The notes under the pieces were generated by a model. It was not told the DNA's origin and ran no database searches. It was given only the letters and a program-made list of their open reading frames with translations. A program made the position numbers and the translations under genes. Below are positions 9,318-18,519 of a DNA stretch of 64,000 bases, one piece after another. How positions within the stretch are numbered: the first letter of the stretch is position 1; every line of letters starts with the position of its first letter. Location: assembly GCA_965223545.1 (NCBI GenBank), contig OZ245006.1, positions 2,624,001 through 2,688,000 of the forward strand, in the 5' to 3' direction. This stretch comes from Planctomycetota bacterium (GTDB taxonomy: Bacteria; Planctomycetota; UBA1135; UBA2386).

Positions 9318-10505
9318 TCAGCGCGTCGCGAGGCCGGCGGCGCACTGCCGCTGGACCGCGTCCAGCGCACCAGCGAGGTCGGCGCACAGATCGGCTGGGT
9401 CCTCGATGCCGACCGACAGCCGCAGCAGATGTGGACTGATTCCGGCCCGGCGCTGCGCCTCGGCGTCCATTGCGGCGTGGGTCATCGTCGCGGGATGCGC
9501 GACCAAGCTCTCTACGCCCCCGAGGGACTCCGCCAGCGAGAAATGCCGCAGATGGTCGAGCAGCACCTCGACGGCACCATCGGCCTCGACCAGCTCGAAC
9601 GCGAGCATGCCGCCAAAGCCGGTCTGCTGCGCCCGGGCCAGCGCGTGGTCGGGGTGCGCGGCATCGCCTGGGTCGTGCACGCGGCGCACCGCCGGGTGCT
9701 CTGCCAGCAACCGCGCCACCGCGCGTGCGTTGCGCTCGTGCTGCGCCATGCGCACCGCCAGGGTGCGCAGACCGCGCAGCGTCAAGAACGCGTCGAACGG
9801 CGCTCCGGTGATCCCCGTGCAGTTGGCCCACCACGCCAGCCGCTCGTGCACGGCAGCATCGGCCGCCATCACCGCCCCACCGACCACGTCGCTGTGGCCG
9901 TTGAGGTACTTCGTCGTCGAGTGCACGACGACGTCGGCGCCGAGCGCCAGCGGCCGCTGCAGGGCGGGCGACAAGAACGTGTTGTCCACCACACACAGCG
10001 CGCCGGCCGCGCGCGCGGCCGCGGCCACCGCGCGGACGTCGGTGATGCGCAGCAGGGGGTTGCTCGGTGTCTCCACCCAGACCATCGCCGGGCGACGCGC
10101 CAGCGCGGCGGCGCGGGCGCCAGCATCGCGCAGGTCGACCCAGTCGACGACGAGATCACCGCGCTCCGCCAGGGCGCACAGCAAACGGTGCGTGCCCCCA
10201 TAGATGTCGGGCGCCGCCACCACGCGATCGCCGCGGCGCAGCAACTGCGTGGTCAGGGACACGGCGGCCATGCCCGAACCGGTGACCACTGCGCCCGCGC
10301 CCCCCTCGAGCCGGGCGAGGGCGTCGGCCAGCTGGTCGCGCGTCGGGTTGCCCGACCGCGTGTAGTCGTAACGGCGCTTGCGCCCGAGACCCGCGAACGA
10401 GTAGTTGGAAGACAGATAGACTGGCGGCACGACGGCCCCGTGCGCCGGATCGCTGTCGATCCCGGCGCGCACGGCCACGGTGGCTTGCTGGATCGAAGCG
10501 CTCAT
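9318..10505 (-). CDS. metB: Cystathionine gamma-synthase
   Basis: YTRSGNPT, ETPSNP, DNTF, HSTTKYLNGHSD (PLP lysine), AESLGGVESL, LRLSVGIE; ATG 10505. Confidence 0.92.
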   Translation of the reverse strand: MSASIQQATVAVRAGIDSDPAHGAVVPPVYLSSNYSFAGLGRKRRYDYTRSGNPTRDQLADALARLEGGAGAVVTGSGMAAVSLTTQLLRRGDRVVAAPDIYGGTHRLLCALAERGDLVVDWVDLRDAGARAAALARRPAMVWVETPSNPLLRITDVRAVAAAARAAGALCVVDNTFLSPALQRPLALGADVVVHSTTKYLNGHSDVVGGAVMAADAAVHERLAWWANCTGITGAPFDAFLTLRGLRTLAVRMAQHERNARAVARLLAEHPAVRRVHDPGDAAHPDHALARAQQTGFGGMLAFELVEADGAVEVLLDHLRHFSLAESLGGVESLVAHPATMTHAAMDAEAQRRAGISPHLLRLSVGIEDPADLCADLAGALDAVQRQCAAGLATR

Positions 10506-11503
10506 CGGACCACCCCCACGAGCGCCCGCCGCAGCAGCTCCCCCACCGCCGCCTCTTCCAACAGGAAGCCGTCGTGGCCGTGCTGCGATTGCAGGCGCTG
10601 GTAGGTCGCCCGGGGCAGGCGGTCGGCGAGTCCACGCACCTGCGATTCGGGCACCACCGCGTCCCCGGTGATGCCGACCAGCGTCAGCGGCACGGCAACG
10701 GTGTCGGGCGCGACGCGATGGGTGTCGAGCGACTCCGACAACGCCAAGAACGCGCGCGGCGTGAAGCGCCGCGCAAACGCCTCGCCGCGCGCCGCGAGAT
10801 AGTCCTCGACCGCGAAGCGGGGCCCGTCCGCACTCCAGCGCGGCGGCGCGTCGAAGCGCGCGGCGAACTCGTCCGCCGAGCGATACGTCGTCATCGCCAG
10901 CGCCCGCGCCCACCGCAGCGCGCGCTCGCCCTCACCGCGGTCGAGGCCGTCGCGCACCAACGCCCGCTGCAGGGCGCGCCACGCGGTGGCGCGCGGGTGG
11001 GGCCGGTCGGCGGCGGCGATCGCCACCAGCCGGGCGACGCGGTGCGGCGCGCGCGCCGCCAATGCCAGCCCGACCATGCCGCCGTAGGAGCTGCCGACCA
11101 CGGCGCACGGTCGCTCGACGCCCAGGTGGACCAGCAGCCGTTCGATCGCCGCGGCCTGGTCGTCGGTCGACACCGACGGGAACGGACCGGCCGTGTCCTC
11201 GGGGCCGGTCGATCCACCGCAGCCACCGAGGTAATCGACACCGAGCACGGCGCAGCGGTTCAGGTCGACCGCGCTGCCGTGCCCGACCACACCATCCCAC
11301 CATCCGCGCTGCGCGTCCCGGCCGCGGACCACGTGGCGCCCGGCACTGATGCCGCCGAGCACCAGCACCAGCGGACCACTCGGATCGCCGGCGAGCTCGT
11401 AGGCGAGCCGCGCGCCGCGCAGCACACCACCGTGGCGCAGCGGCAGCTGCAACGGCAGATGCAGCACCGAGGTGCCGCCCTCCAGGATCGCTGCAGCACT
11501 CAT
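10502..11503 (-). CDS. metX: Homoserine O-acyltransferase (MetX family)
   Basis: GGISAGRH, GWW..VG, GSSYGGMV, TYRS, HGHDGFL; C-terminal part of ORF 10502..12529, ATG 11503. Confidence 0.9.
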   Translation of the reverse strand: MSAAAILEGGTSVLHLPLQLPLRHGGVLRGARLAYELAGDPSGPLVLVLGGISAGRHVVRGRDAQRGWWDGVVGHGSAVDLNRCAVLGVDYLGGCGGSTGPEDTAGPFPSVSTDDQAAAIERLLVHLGVERPCAVVGSSYGGMVGLALAARAPHRVARLVAIAAADRPHPRATAWRALQRALVRDGLDRGEGERALRWARALAMTTYRSADEFAARFDAPPRWSADGPRFAVEDYLAARGEAFARRFTPRAFLALSESLDTHRVAPDTVAVPLTLVGITGDAVVPESQVRGLADRLPRATYQRLQSQHGHDGFLLEEAAVGELLRRALVGVVR

Positions 11504-12564
11504 CGCCGGCCTCCGGCGACGGCGCAGCGCGCCGACACGTCTTCCAGCAGCGCCTCGGCCGTTCCGTCGGGGCCCAGACCCAGGCCGATGTGCACGCGCT
11601 GGCCACCGGCGGCGTCCTCGTACACGTAGGCGACGCGGTCCGGTGGCACCGCCAGCACGTCGCGGCGATCGAGGCCGACCAGCTCCACCGCGGCGGAGCC
11701 ATCGCGGTCGACCCGCGCGACCAGGCGCGTGGTGCGGCCCCGGGCGGCGCGGCGCGCCAGCTGTGCGCCGTCCACGGCAGCGAAGTCGATGGCGGGCGCG
11801 ATCGACAACGGTGCGGTCCTCTGCCACAGCAGACCGGCCACCACCGCGATCTTGCTGGCGGCATCGGTGCCGTCGAGGTCGAGCGAGGGGTCCGGTTCGA
11901 GCAACCCGCGGGCGCGGGCACGCTCCAGCGCGTCGGCCAGGGCGCAGCCGCGCTCGAGCTCGGTCAGCACCGCCGTGCTCGACGCGTTGGCGACGGCAGT
12001 CACCGCCACGCAATCGCGGCGCAGGGCGTCGGCCTCGCGCTGCAGGCGCGCGCCCGTGCCACCGAGCAACGCGTTGATGCCGACGCGCTCGCCGTGCTGC
12101 ACCAGCAGCTCGTGCGGCTCGGCGGCCGCGGCGGCCTTGGCGGCCAGCACCAGCTGCGCGCCGCAGCGGAGGGCGGCGCGTGCGCGCGCCAGGGCAGCCG
12201 GCACCTCGGCCGGGTCGCTGCTCGCGGCGTCGACGACGATGTCGGCCTCGACGGCCGCAATCGCCGTGGCCGCCCCCACCGCGGCCGCGCCGGGGATCGC
12301 CAAGAGCGGAGTCCCTTGCGCCTTGTGGGCGGCGATGCGAGCGGGGTCGAGCCCCGATTCGGCGAACACGGTCCCCGAACGATCGGTGACCGCGACGAGG
12401 CACGCGGCCGGACACTGTTCCAGCCGCCGCAAGAAGGCGCGGCCGACCGCGCCGGCGCCGACCAGGTGCACGGTGGGCGAAGAGCCCGACGCACAGAATG
12501 GCTCGACGCTGGCGTGCGCCGGGAGACATGAGGATGGACAGGACGGGGTCTTGATGTGGTTCAT
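11500..12564 (-). CDS. hom: Homoserine dehydrogenase (start uncertain)
   Basis: GAGAVG Rossmann motif, 'G..EPDPSLDLDG.DAA.K', position in the met operon. Confidence 0.8.
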   Translation of the reverse strand: MNHIKTPSCPSSCLPAHASVEPFCASGSSPTVHLVGAGAVGRAFLRRLEQCPAACLVAVTDRSGTVFAESGLDPARIAAHKAQGTPLLAIPGAAAVGAATAIAAVEADIVVDAASSDPAEVPAALARARAALRCGAQLVLAAKAAAAAEPHELLVQHGERVGINALLGGTGARLQREADALRRDCVAVTAVANASSTAVLTELERGCALADALERARARGLLEPDPSLDLDGTDAASKIAVVAGLLWQRTAPLSIAPAIDFAAVDGAQLARRAARGRTTRLVARVDRDGSAAVELVGLDRRDVLAVPPDRVAYVYEDAAGGQRVHIGLGLGPDGTAEALLEDVSARCAVAGGRR

Positions 12565-12579
12565 CGCGATGCTGGAGTC

Positions 12580-12603
12580 AAAAACTCGACTGCGATCGAG
12601 TCC
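12580..12603 (-). terminator. Putative intrinsic terminator in the SAM riboswitch expression platform
   Basis: Minus strand GGACTCGA-TCGCAG-TCGAGTTTTT: hairpin plus U tract between aptamer and hom. Confidence 0.6.
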
Positions 12604-12667
12604 CTCGACAACCAGCGCGCGCCGTCGGTCCGGCGCAGCGCGACCTTGCGTCGCGATGACGTCCGAA

Positions 12668-12775
12668 CCCATCTTTCGGCGAGCGCAAGGCTCCCGCGGG
12701 AGTTGGCACCTGCCGAGCGCTGCTCGGTGGTTGCCCCGGCGTCGTAGGGCCCGTCCCTCGACCGGTCTCGATGAG
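12668..12775 (-). ncRNA. SAM-I (S-box) riboswitch
   Basis: Minus strand CTCATC...GAGGGACGGGCCC...GCAACC...GGTGCCAACTCC...GAAAGATGGG, upstream of hom-metX-metB. Confidence 0.92.
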
Positions 12776-12890
12776 TCGGCGCGCGGTTGTAGCGAGTGCC
12801 GCGCGCACGCGTCAACCCGGGGATCGCAGAAAATCACAGCCCGCGCCGGGCGTTCCATGGGTGTCCGACGCAACCGCAAGAGAGGACGTC

Positions 12891-13343
12891 ATGAAGCTGC
12901 ACAGAGTTTGCGCTGCAATCGCCGCAGCAGTTTGCATCGGCGCGGCATCGGTCGCTGCCCAGGCCACCGTGACCGCGACCGCCTACGGCAACCCCGGTTT
13001 GTACCAGACCCCCATCGACCCGGCCCTCTTCCTGCAGGCCGACGTCAGCGCGCCGCAGATGACGCGGCTGGAGCTGGTCGGCGGCTTCAAGGGTGATCCG
13101 GCGGCGATGCTCGTGTCCACCGAACCCGCCGCGATCCCGCTCGGGATCGGCGCCATGATCTACGTCGGCGAGCCGGCGGTGCCGATTTGGGGCGTGTTCG
13201 GCCCGGATGGCACCTGGGAGGTTCGCTTCAACCCCAACCTGCCCGCGTTGATCGGCGCGGACCTCTATTTCCAAGGAGTCGAGGCCCTGTCGGTGGGCGG
13301 CCTGCAGCTGTCCAACGGCATGCACGTCAACATCGCGGGCTGA
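12891..13343 (+). CDS. Small secreted protein made almost entirely of the shared C-terminal domain
   Basis: GAGGA RBS, signal peptide ..SVAA|Q, ends PNLPALIGADLYFQ...LSNGMHVNI. Confidence 0.75.
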   Translation: MKLHRVCAAIAAAVCIGAASVAAQATVTATAYGNPGLYQTPIDPALFLQADVSAPQMTRLELVGGFKGDPAAMLVSTEPAAIPLGIGAMIYVGEPAVPIWGVFGPDGTWEVRFNPNLPALIGADLYFQGVEALSVGGLQLSNGMHVNIAG

Positions 13344-13354
13344 CGTCCCCGCTC

Positions 13355-13382
13355 GCGGGCCCCGCCGCACGGCGGGGCCCGC
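13355..13382 (+). terminator. GC-rich hairpin after CDS
   Basis: GCGGGCCCCGCCG-CA-CGGCGGGGCCCGC perfect 13-bp stem, weak U tail. Confidence 0.5.
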
Positions 13383-13422
13383 CATTTCGCGCCGCGCGAC
13401 GCCGGCGCGCTACGCTGTCCCG

Positions 13423-15492
13423 ATGCGCCTGCGCGACACGCATCGGGTGTGGTGCGCGGCGATCGTGCTGGCGAGCCTCGCCGGCGCGCAGCCGCGCACC
13501 GTGACCCTGCAGAACCTGTCATCCCACCCGCGCACCCAGTGGTTTGCCGCGGTGGTGCCGTTCGCACCGGGGGAGTCCGGCGAACGGCCGGAGTGGCACG
13601 TCGCCGGGCACCCCACGGTCTGGCAGCCGTTCGGCGCCCGCTGGCCCGACGGATCGCTGCGGCAAGCGCTGTGCATGTTCCGCGCCACCCTGCCCGCACA
13701 AGGTCGTGCGGAGCTCGAGCTGAGCGCCGGCGCGGGGCCAGCGCTCGCACCGGCGCCGTGGCCCGCGCTCGACCTCGACGTGATGCTCACCGTACACACC
13801 TCCGGTGGGGTACACGACTGCCGGCCGGGGGCGGCCACTGTCCTGGAGGAGAACGCCGCGCGCCGCGTCACCCTACTGCGCGGGCGGGCGGGCCGGTCCG
13901 GGATCGTCTGCGAGCTGATCGTCACCCAATGGGCCGATCAGCCGCTGATCGACGCCGACCTCGGCCTCTGGTTCAGCGACCCGGCCAGCAAGGCGATGCA
14001 GGTGCACATCGAGCGCGCCGCAGTGCGCTGTCGAGGACACGCCCTGCTGCTGCGCCATCCGGAACGGCTGGCGATGGACACGACCTTCGAAGAGGACGGC
14101 TCGACCACGGTGCTGCTCGCCGACGTCGTGGTCGGCGACGGGCAGGGCATCCGGCGCAGCGGGGTGCTCGCGCCGCCGCTGGCCGGCGACGGCGGCGCAG
14201 CCGACCAGACCATCTTGGCCAACGCCCGGACCCCGCCGCTGGCGGCGACCCGCTGGGCCGAGAGCGGCGCGTTCGGCCCCTTCGGCCACGTCCCCGAGCT
14301 GCCGCCGTGGCTGCGCGATCCCGGCCGGCTGCGCGCGGTGCTGCGCGCGCGCCACCGGCGGTTCAGCGCGGGTGCGCGCCGGCGCGGCGATCCATTCGCG
14401 GCAGCGGAGCTCGGGCTCGCCAAGAACGCCAACCAGACCGGCGATCAGGAGGACTTCGGCGTGGTCAAGCTGACGCCGGTCGCGCGCACCGGCGATCCGA
14501 CCTTCCTCTTCGAGGTCGAGGCGTCCGTCCTGCAAGAGGCTTGCCGGCCGGTGCACTTCTTCGAGTCCGACGCCACCCCGGTGCGACCCGCCGCGCACCC
14601 ACAATGGGTGGTCTGGGCCGGGCGCACGCACTGGCACTGCAAGGTGTCGCCCGACCGACTCGGCAAGCCGTGTCCCGCACCGGAGTTCGAGTCGCACGGC
14701 TGGACCGGCAAAGACCGCCAGCACTGGAGCAGCCTCAACTTGGCCGCATATGCACTGCTCACCGGTGCGCACTGGGCGCGGCGCGAGATCGAGAACGAGA
14801 TCCGGCTCTACCTCGCCGGCCAGACCATCGCGCCCGCACTCAGCACGTCGGGCTCGGGCGCGCCGCGCGGCGCTGGCCGCACCCTGCTGACCGCGAGCTG
14901 GCACTACCTGTGCACGGGCGATCCAGCGCTGCTGGAGCGCATGCATGCGCGCACGGACACGGTGCACGCGAAGCAGTGGGTCGGGGGGAAGATGCCGCAC
15001 GCCGCCGTGCGTCCGTTCACCGTGCACGAGCCCGATGGCCGGATGATCGGCGGCAGCGGTCCGTTCTGGACCCCGTGGCAGGAGACCCTCGCGGCGATCG
15101 GCTTCGCCGCGTTCGCCCGGGTCAGCGACAACCGCAACGCCCAGCAGCTGGCAGACGCCCTGGCGACCAACACCCTGCGCCACGGCTGGCGCTTGGCCAA
15201 AGACCGACCACCGATGATCGCGGCGGCGATCCGGTGGAACGACGACGGCGCTGCGCCTGACCCCGACGCGTTGGCGGCCAGCGACGCCGGCACCGTGCAG
15301 TGGGCCGACGGCACCGGCTTCTCGATCTGGGGCATCGGCGCGGTCGAGCTGGCGCGGCAGGCGGCATCGCGTGCCGGCGACACCGCGCTCGAGCAGCGCG
15401 CGACCGCGATCCTGAGGGCACTGCGCCAGCAGCGACGGGCACCTCGCGACGGCTGGTTCGACCGCTTTGCGGACTGGGACGCGGTGCGCTGA
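13423..15492 (+). CDS. Secreted hypothetical protein
   Basis: Signal-like N-terminus (..SLAGA|Q), Trp/His-rich 689-aa ORF with normal composition. Confidence 0.7.
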   Translation: MRLRDTHRVWCAAIVLASLAGAQPRTVTLQNLSSHPRTQWFAAVVPFAPGESGERPEWHVAGHPTVWQPFGARWPDGSLRQALCMFRATLPAQGRAELELSAGAGPALAPAPWPALDLDVMLTVHTSGGVHDCRPGAATVLEENAARRVTLLRGRAGRSGIVCELIVTQWADQPLIDADLGLWFSDPASKAMQVHIERAAVRCRGHALLLRHPERLAMDTTFEEDGSTTVLLADVVVGDGQGIRRSGVLAPPLAGDGGAADQTILANARTPPLAATRWAESGAFGPFGHVPELPPWLRDPGRLRAVLRARHRRFSAGARRRGDPFAAAELGLAKNANQTGDQEDFGVVKLTPVARTGDPTFLFEVEASVLQEACRPVHFFESDATPVRPAAHPQWVVWAGRTHWHCKVSPDRLGKPCPAPEFESHGWTGKDRQHWSSLNLAAYALLTGAHWARREIENEIRLYLAGQTIAPALSTSGSGAPRGAGRTLLTASWHYLCTGDPALLERMHARTDTVHAKQWVGGKMPHAAVRPFTVHEPDGRMIGGSGPFWTPWQETLAAIGFAAFARVSDNRNAQQLADALATNTLRHGWRLAKDRPPMIAAAIRWNDDGAAPDPDALAASDAGTVQWADGTGFSIWGIGAVELARQAASRAGDTALEQRATAILRALRQQRRAPRDGWFDRFADWDAVR

Positions 15493-16114
15493 GCCGCCGG
15501 CGCCTCGAACCTTCGAGCTTCGACAACATTTTCGAGGCGACGCCGCTGCCATGGCGACAACGCCGCCGCGCCGGAGGCTCGGAGAGACAGTGCCTCCGGG
15601 CTCAGCGCGGCGGCGGATGTGTTCGGCCTTCCAAACCGCTCCGGGAAAAGCGGCATCCGTGTTTGGTTGCGGCCGTGGCCGCGCTGAGCCTCGGGGTCCG
15701 AGAATGTTCGAGCGGCAACAACCTTTCGGAAGGCCCGTCGTCGCCGGGACTTCGATACCGCAACTCCCGGAGGCTCGAAGACAACACTGGCGTCTGCGCT
15801 CAGCGTGGCCGTCCGGCACCGCTGGATTCGCGGGCTCCGCTACTGTCGCGGTGCGCTCGGTTCTTGGTTGCGGCCCCGGCCGCGCTGAGCCTCAGGGTCC
15901 GCAAATCTTCGCGCGGCGAGAACCTTTCGGAAGGCTCGATGGCGCTGGACTTCGACAACGCAGCTCCCGGAGGCTCGAAGACAACACTGGCCTCTGGGCT
16001 CAGCGCGGCCGCCGGCGACCGCGGGACCCGCGACCGACGCTCGGGTCGCGGAATACTCCGTGTTTGGTTGCGGCCTCGGCCGCGCTGAGGGTCCAGCGGC
16101 CGTTCTCCTCAGCG
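15486..16114. repeat. Tandem array with ~200-nt period (REP/BIME-like, family B)
   Basis: TTGGTTGCGGCC-NNN/NN-GGCCGCGCTGAG at 15663, 15864, 16064; inverted CTCAGCG at 15601, 15799, 15999, 16108; shared GGAGGCTCGAAGACAACACTGGC block. Confidence 0.85.
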
Positions 16115-18334
16115 GATCGCGAAGGCAGAATCGAGCTCGCGGCGCCGACCCAGCGCGTCGGTCCACGACCAACGCACCGTCACGGTGGTGCCCGCGCCGA
16201 ATGGTGCGCGGGGATAGAAGGCGTGCACGCCGGCGTGCGCGAAGCCGGCACCGCCCGGACTCTCGGCCCCGGAGAGAACCACTCCCTCGACGAACGCGTC
16301 GTCACACCGCACTCGACACTCGACCTCGTCCAGTGCGTCGACGTCGGCGCCGTGCACGTGCAGGGTGAGCGGATAGCCGATCTCGACGCGGGGCGTCGCC
16401 GTCACCGCGGCGACCAACGTGGGCGGCAGGGTATCGCAAGCGACGGCCGCGGCGATCCCGGTGGCCCCGTCGCGGGGATACGCGGTGATCGACGCTGCGC
16501 CGCCACGGCGCGTCGCCGGCGCGAGGACCGTCGCCCCGTTTGCGTCGGCGCACTCGAACAGCGCCAACCCGGGGTCGAGGAGGCGGTGCCGATCCGCGGG
16601 CCGCGCCAGCCACGCATCGACCGCCGCGGCCCGCGGATCGCCCTGCCCGACGATTGCTCGACGCGCCAACGAGACCGCTCCGGCGGGGACAGCACGCCCT
16701 CCACCCCGAGCCCGCGCCAGGGCTTCCGCCGCGGAGTCGCGACTGCGCACCCAGCCGATCGGCACGATGTCCTGCGCCACGCGCAGGCGGTTGATGGCAT
16801 CCAGCCAGCCGCGCACACGACGGTCGGCGCCGGCCACCCGGGTCGGCGGCCGGCGCAAGACGGTGTCCTGGTAGATCCCCTCCTCGGTCCAGAAGCGGCG
16901 CCAGTCGCTCTGCAGCTCATCGAGCGGAGGCGTACCCCGCATCGCGCCAAAGGCCGACCAGACATCGCCCGGCACCGCAGCACCGACGCCGGCATCGGAC
17001 AGCGCGCGCAGCAACGCCGGATCGCGGCGCATCAAGTAGTCGCACACCGCCCACGCCAGCACCCGATCGTCGCCGCCCATGCGGTGCGCCGGCACCGCGG
17101 GCAGCCGCGCGAACGGCGCGTCGTCCTGCCGCCACGCCTGCTCCAACACCATGCCGACCCAGTCGTTGACGTCGACCATCGCGGCTTCTTCGGCGTCGAA
17201 GGTGACGCCGCCCGCGACGGTGCCGGGGCGAGACTCACCACCGGCGCGGCCCAACAGGAACACGAGATTGCGGCCCAGGAGCAGATTGACGAGTGCGTGG
17301 CCGATCCCCTCCTTCAGCGCGGCCGGCCGCATTGCGGCCAAGTCGACCACCACCGCACGCACCACGTGGTCGAGCAACCTGGAGAGGAGATCTTCGTAGG
17401 CGACGTAGACCCAGCGGGCGCCGCTGTGCACCCGCGCCGCAGCGCAGCTCTCGAGCAAGAACTGCATCTCGCCTTGCTCGAAGACATCCTCGTTGGCGCG
17501 GACCACGGCCTCCCAGGCATCGCGCTCGGTGAAGAACGCCAGCTCGGCGGACTGCAGGGGCTCGTCGCGGTAGTCGGCAAAGCCGCGGAAGAGCGAACGC
17601 GCGAGCCACAACGCTCGCTCGGCATGCGTCGCGGCAGCGACCAACCAATCGCGCGACACGTCGCCCCAAACGACGAAATTGGCGGTGCGGACGCCGCGGT
17701 GCTCGACTCCGGCGCGCGCCAGTGAAGGCTGCCGCGCGTCGCGATCCATGTCCTCGACCACCGGCTCGTAGGTGCGCAGCCAGGCGACCACGTGGCGCAG
17801 GTAGTGCGAGCGCTGCAGGATGGCGAGCTCCTCCGGCGTGCCGAACAGACCGTCGAACTGCGCCAACTGCAGCGCCGCCGCCGCCGCCGCGTCGTCGGGC
17901 CGAAAGCGGAGCACACGGCGGTAGTGCGCCGTGGCGACCGCCTCATCGCCATCCGCCGCGGCGCGCTCGGCGACGCGCCGGTGGCCGGCCGCCAGCTTGT
18001 CGCCGAGCTTGCGCCAGGCGCGCTCGAGCGCAGTCGCCCGCGACGGTGGCGCGGTGTCCCGCTCGGGGTATGGCCGCGACGAGTCCGGCGCCCACGCCGT
18101 GCCCAGGCGCACGTAGCCGAGCGCATTCCACGACGGCTCGTGGTCTCCGTCGTACTCGGTGACGACCTCGACCCAGATCTTCCGCGCCCGGTTGGCGAAG
18201 CCGACGTCGAACCAGCGCTGGGCATGCCGGTGTAGCTGCTGCGCGGCGTCGGCGACGAAGCGCTCGGCCGCGCCCTGGGCGACGGCCGGAACGACGAACA
18301 GGAGAAGGCCGGTGGCTGCTGAAAGGCGCTTCAT
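16109..18334 (-). CDS. Secreted multidomain protein (TPR-like, degenerate gluzincin-like, CAP/SCP-like C-terminus)
   Basis: Signal peptide ..PAVA|Q, 'YRRVLRFRPDD.AA', 'LKEGIG', 'AINRLR...DAWL..P..R..LLDP'. Confidence 0.6.
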   Translation of the reverse strand: MKRLSAATGLLLFVVPAVAQGAAERFVADAAQQLHRHAQRWFDVGFANRARKIWVEVVTEYDGDHEPSWNALGYVRLGTAWAPDSSRPYPERDTAPPSRATALERAWRKLGDKLAAGHRRVAERAAADGDEAVATAHYRRVLRFRPDDAAAAAALQLAQFDGLFGTPEELAILQRSHYLRHVVAWLRTYEPVVEDMDRDARQPSLARAGVEHRGVRTANFVVWGDVSRDWLVAAATHAERALWLARSLFRGFADYRDEPLQSAELAFFTERDAWEAVVRANEDVFEQGEMQFLLESCAAARVHSGARWVYVAYEDLLSRLLDHVVRAVVVDLAAMRPAALKEGIGHALVNLLLGRNLVFLLGRAGGESRPGTVAGGVTFDAEEAAMVDVNDWVGMVLEQAWRQDDAPFARLPAVPAHRMGGDDRVLAWAVCDYLMRRDPALLRALSDAGVGAAVPGDVWSAFGAMRGTPPLDELQSDWRRFWTEEGIYQDTVLRRPPTRVAGADRRVRGWLDAINRLRVAQDIVPIGWVRSRDSAAEALARARGGGRAVPAGAVSLARRAIVGQGDPRAAAVDAWLARPADRHRLLDPGLALFECADANGATVLAPATRRGGAASITAYPRDGATGIAAAVACDTLPPTLVAAVTATPRVEIGYPLTLHVHGADVDALDEVECRVRCDDAFVEGVVLSGAESPGGAGFAHAGVHAFYPRAPFGAGTTVTVRWSWTDALGRRRELDSAFAIR

Positions 18335-18519
18335 GGCGTCGATTCCCGACGGACGCCGGGGCGGGACCGCACCCGGACACTATCCGTCCGGTCCGTCGAG
18401 GCAACCGCTCGACCAGGGGAGGCCGGCGAAGCGCCGGTCCGGCGCGCGCGGCCAACGGCCGCGCAGCGCGGGGTCGCTCCCCGCGACGCGGGGAGCGCTT
18501 TCGCCCATCAGGGCCGGTC

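Noticed and set aside
15486..16114. CRISPR array interpretation
   Set aside because: Conserved part is ~150 nt and degenerate, only about three units, no cas genes in the window
15300..17725. ORFs 15300..16088 and 15467..17725 spanning the repeat array
   Set aside because: Arg/Gly-rich translations without motifs that overlap better-supported genes
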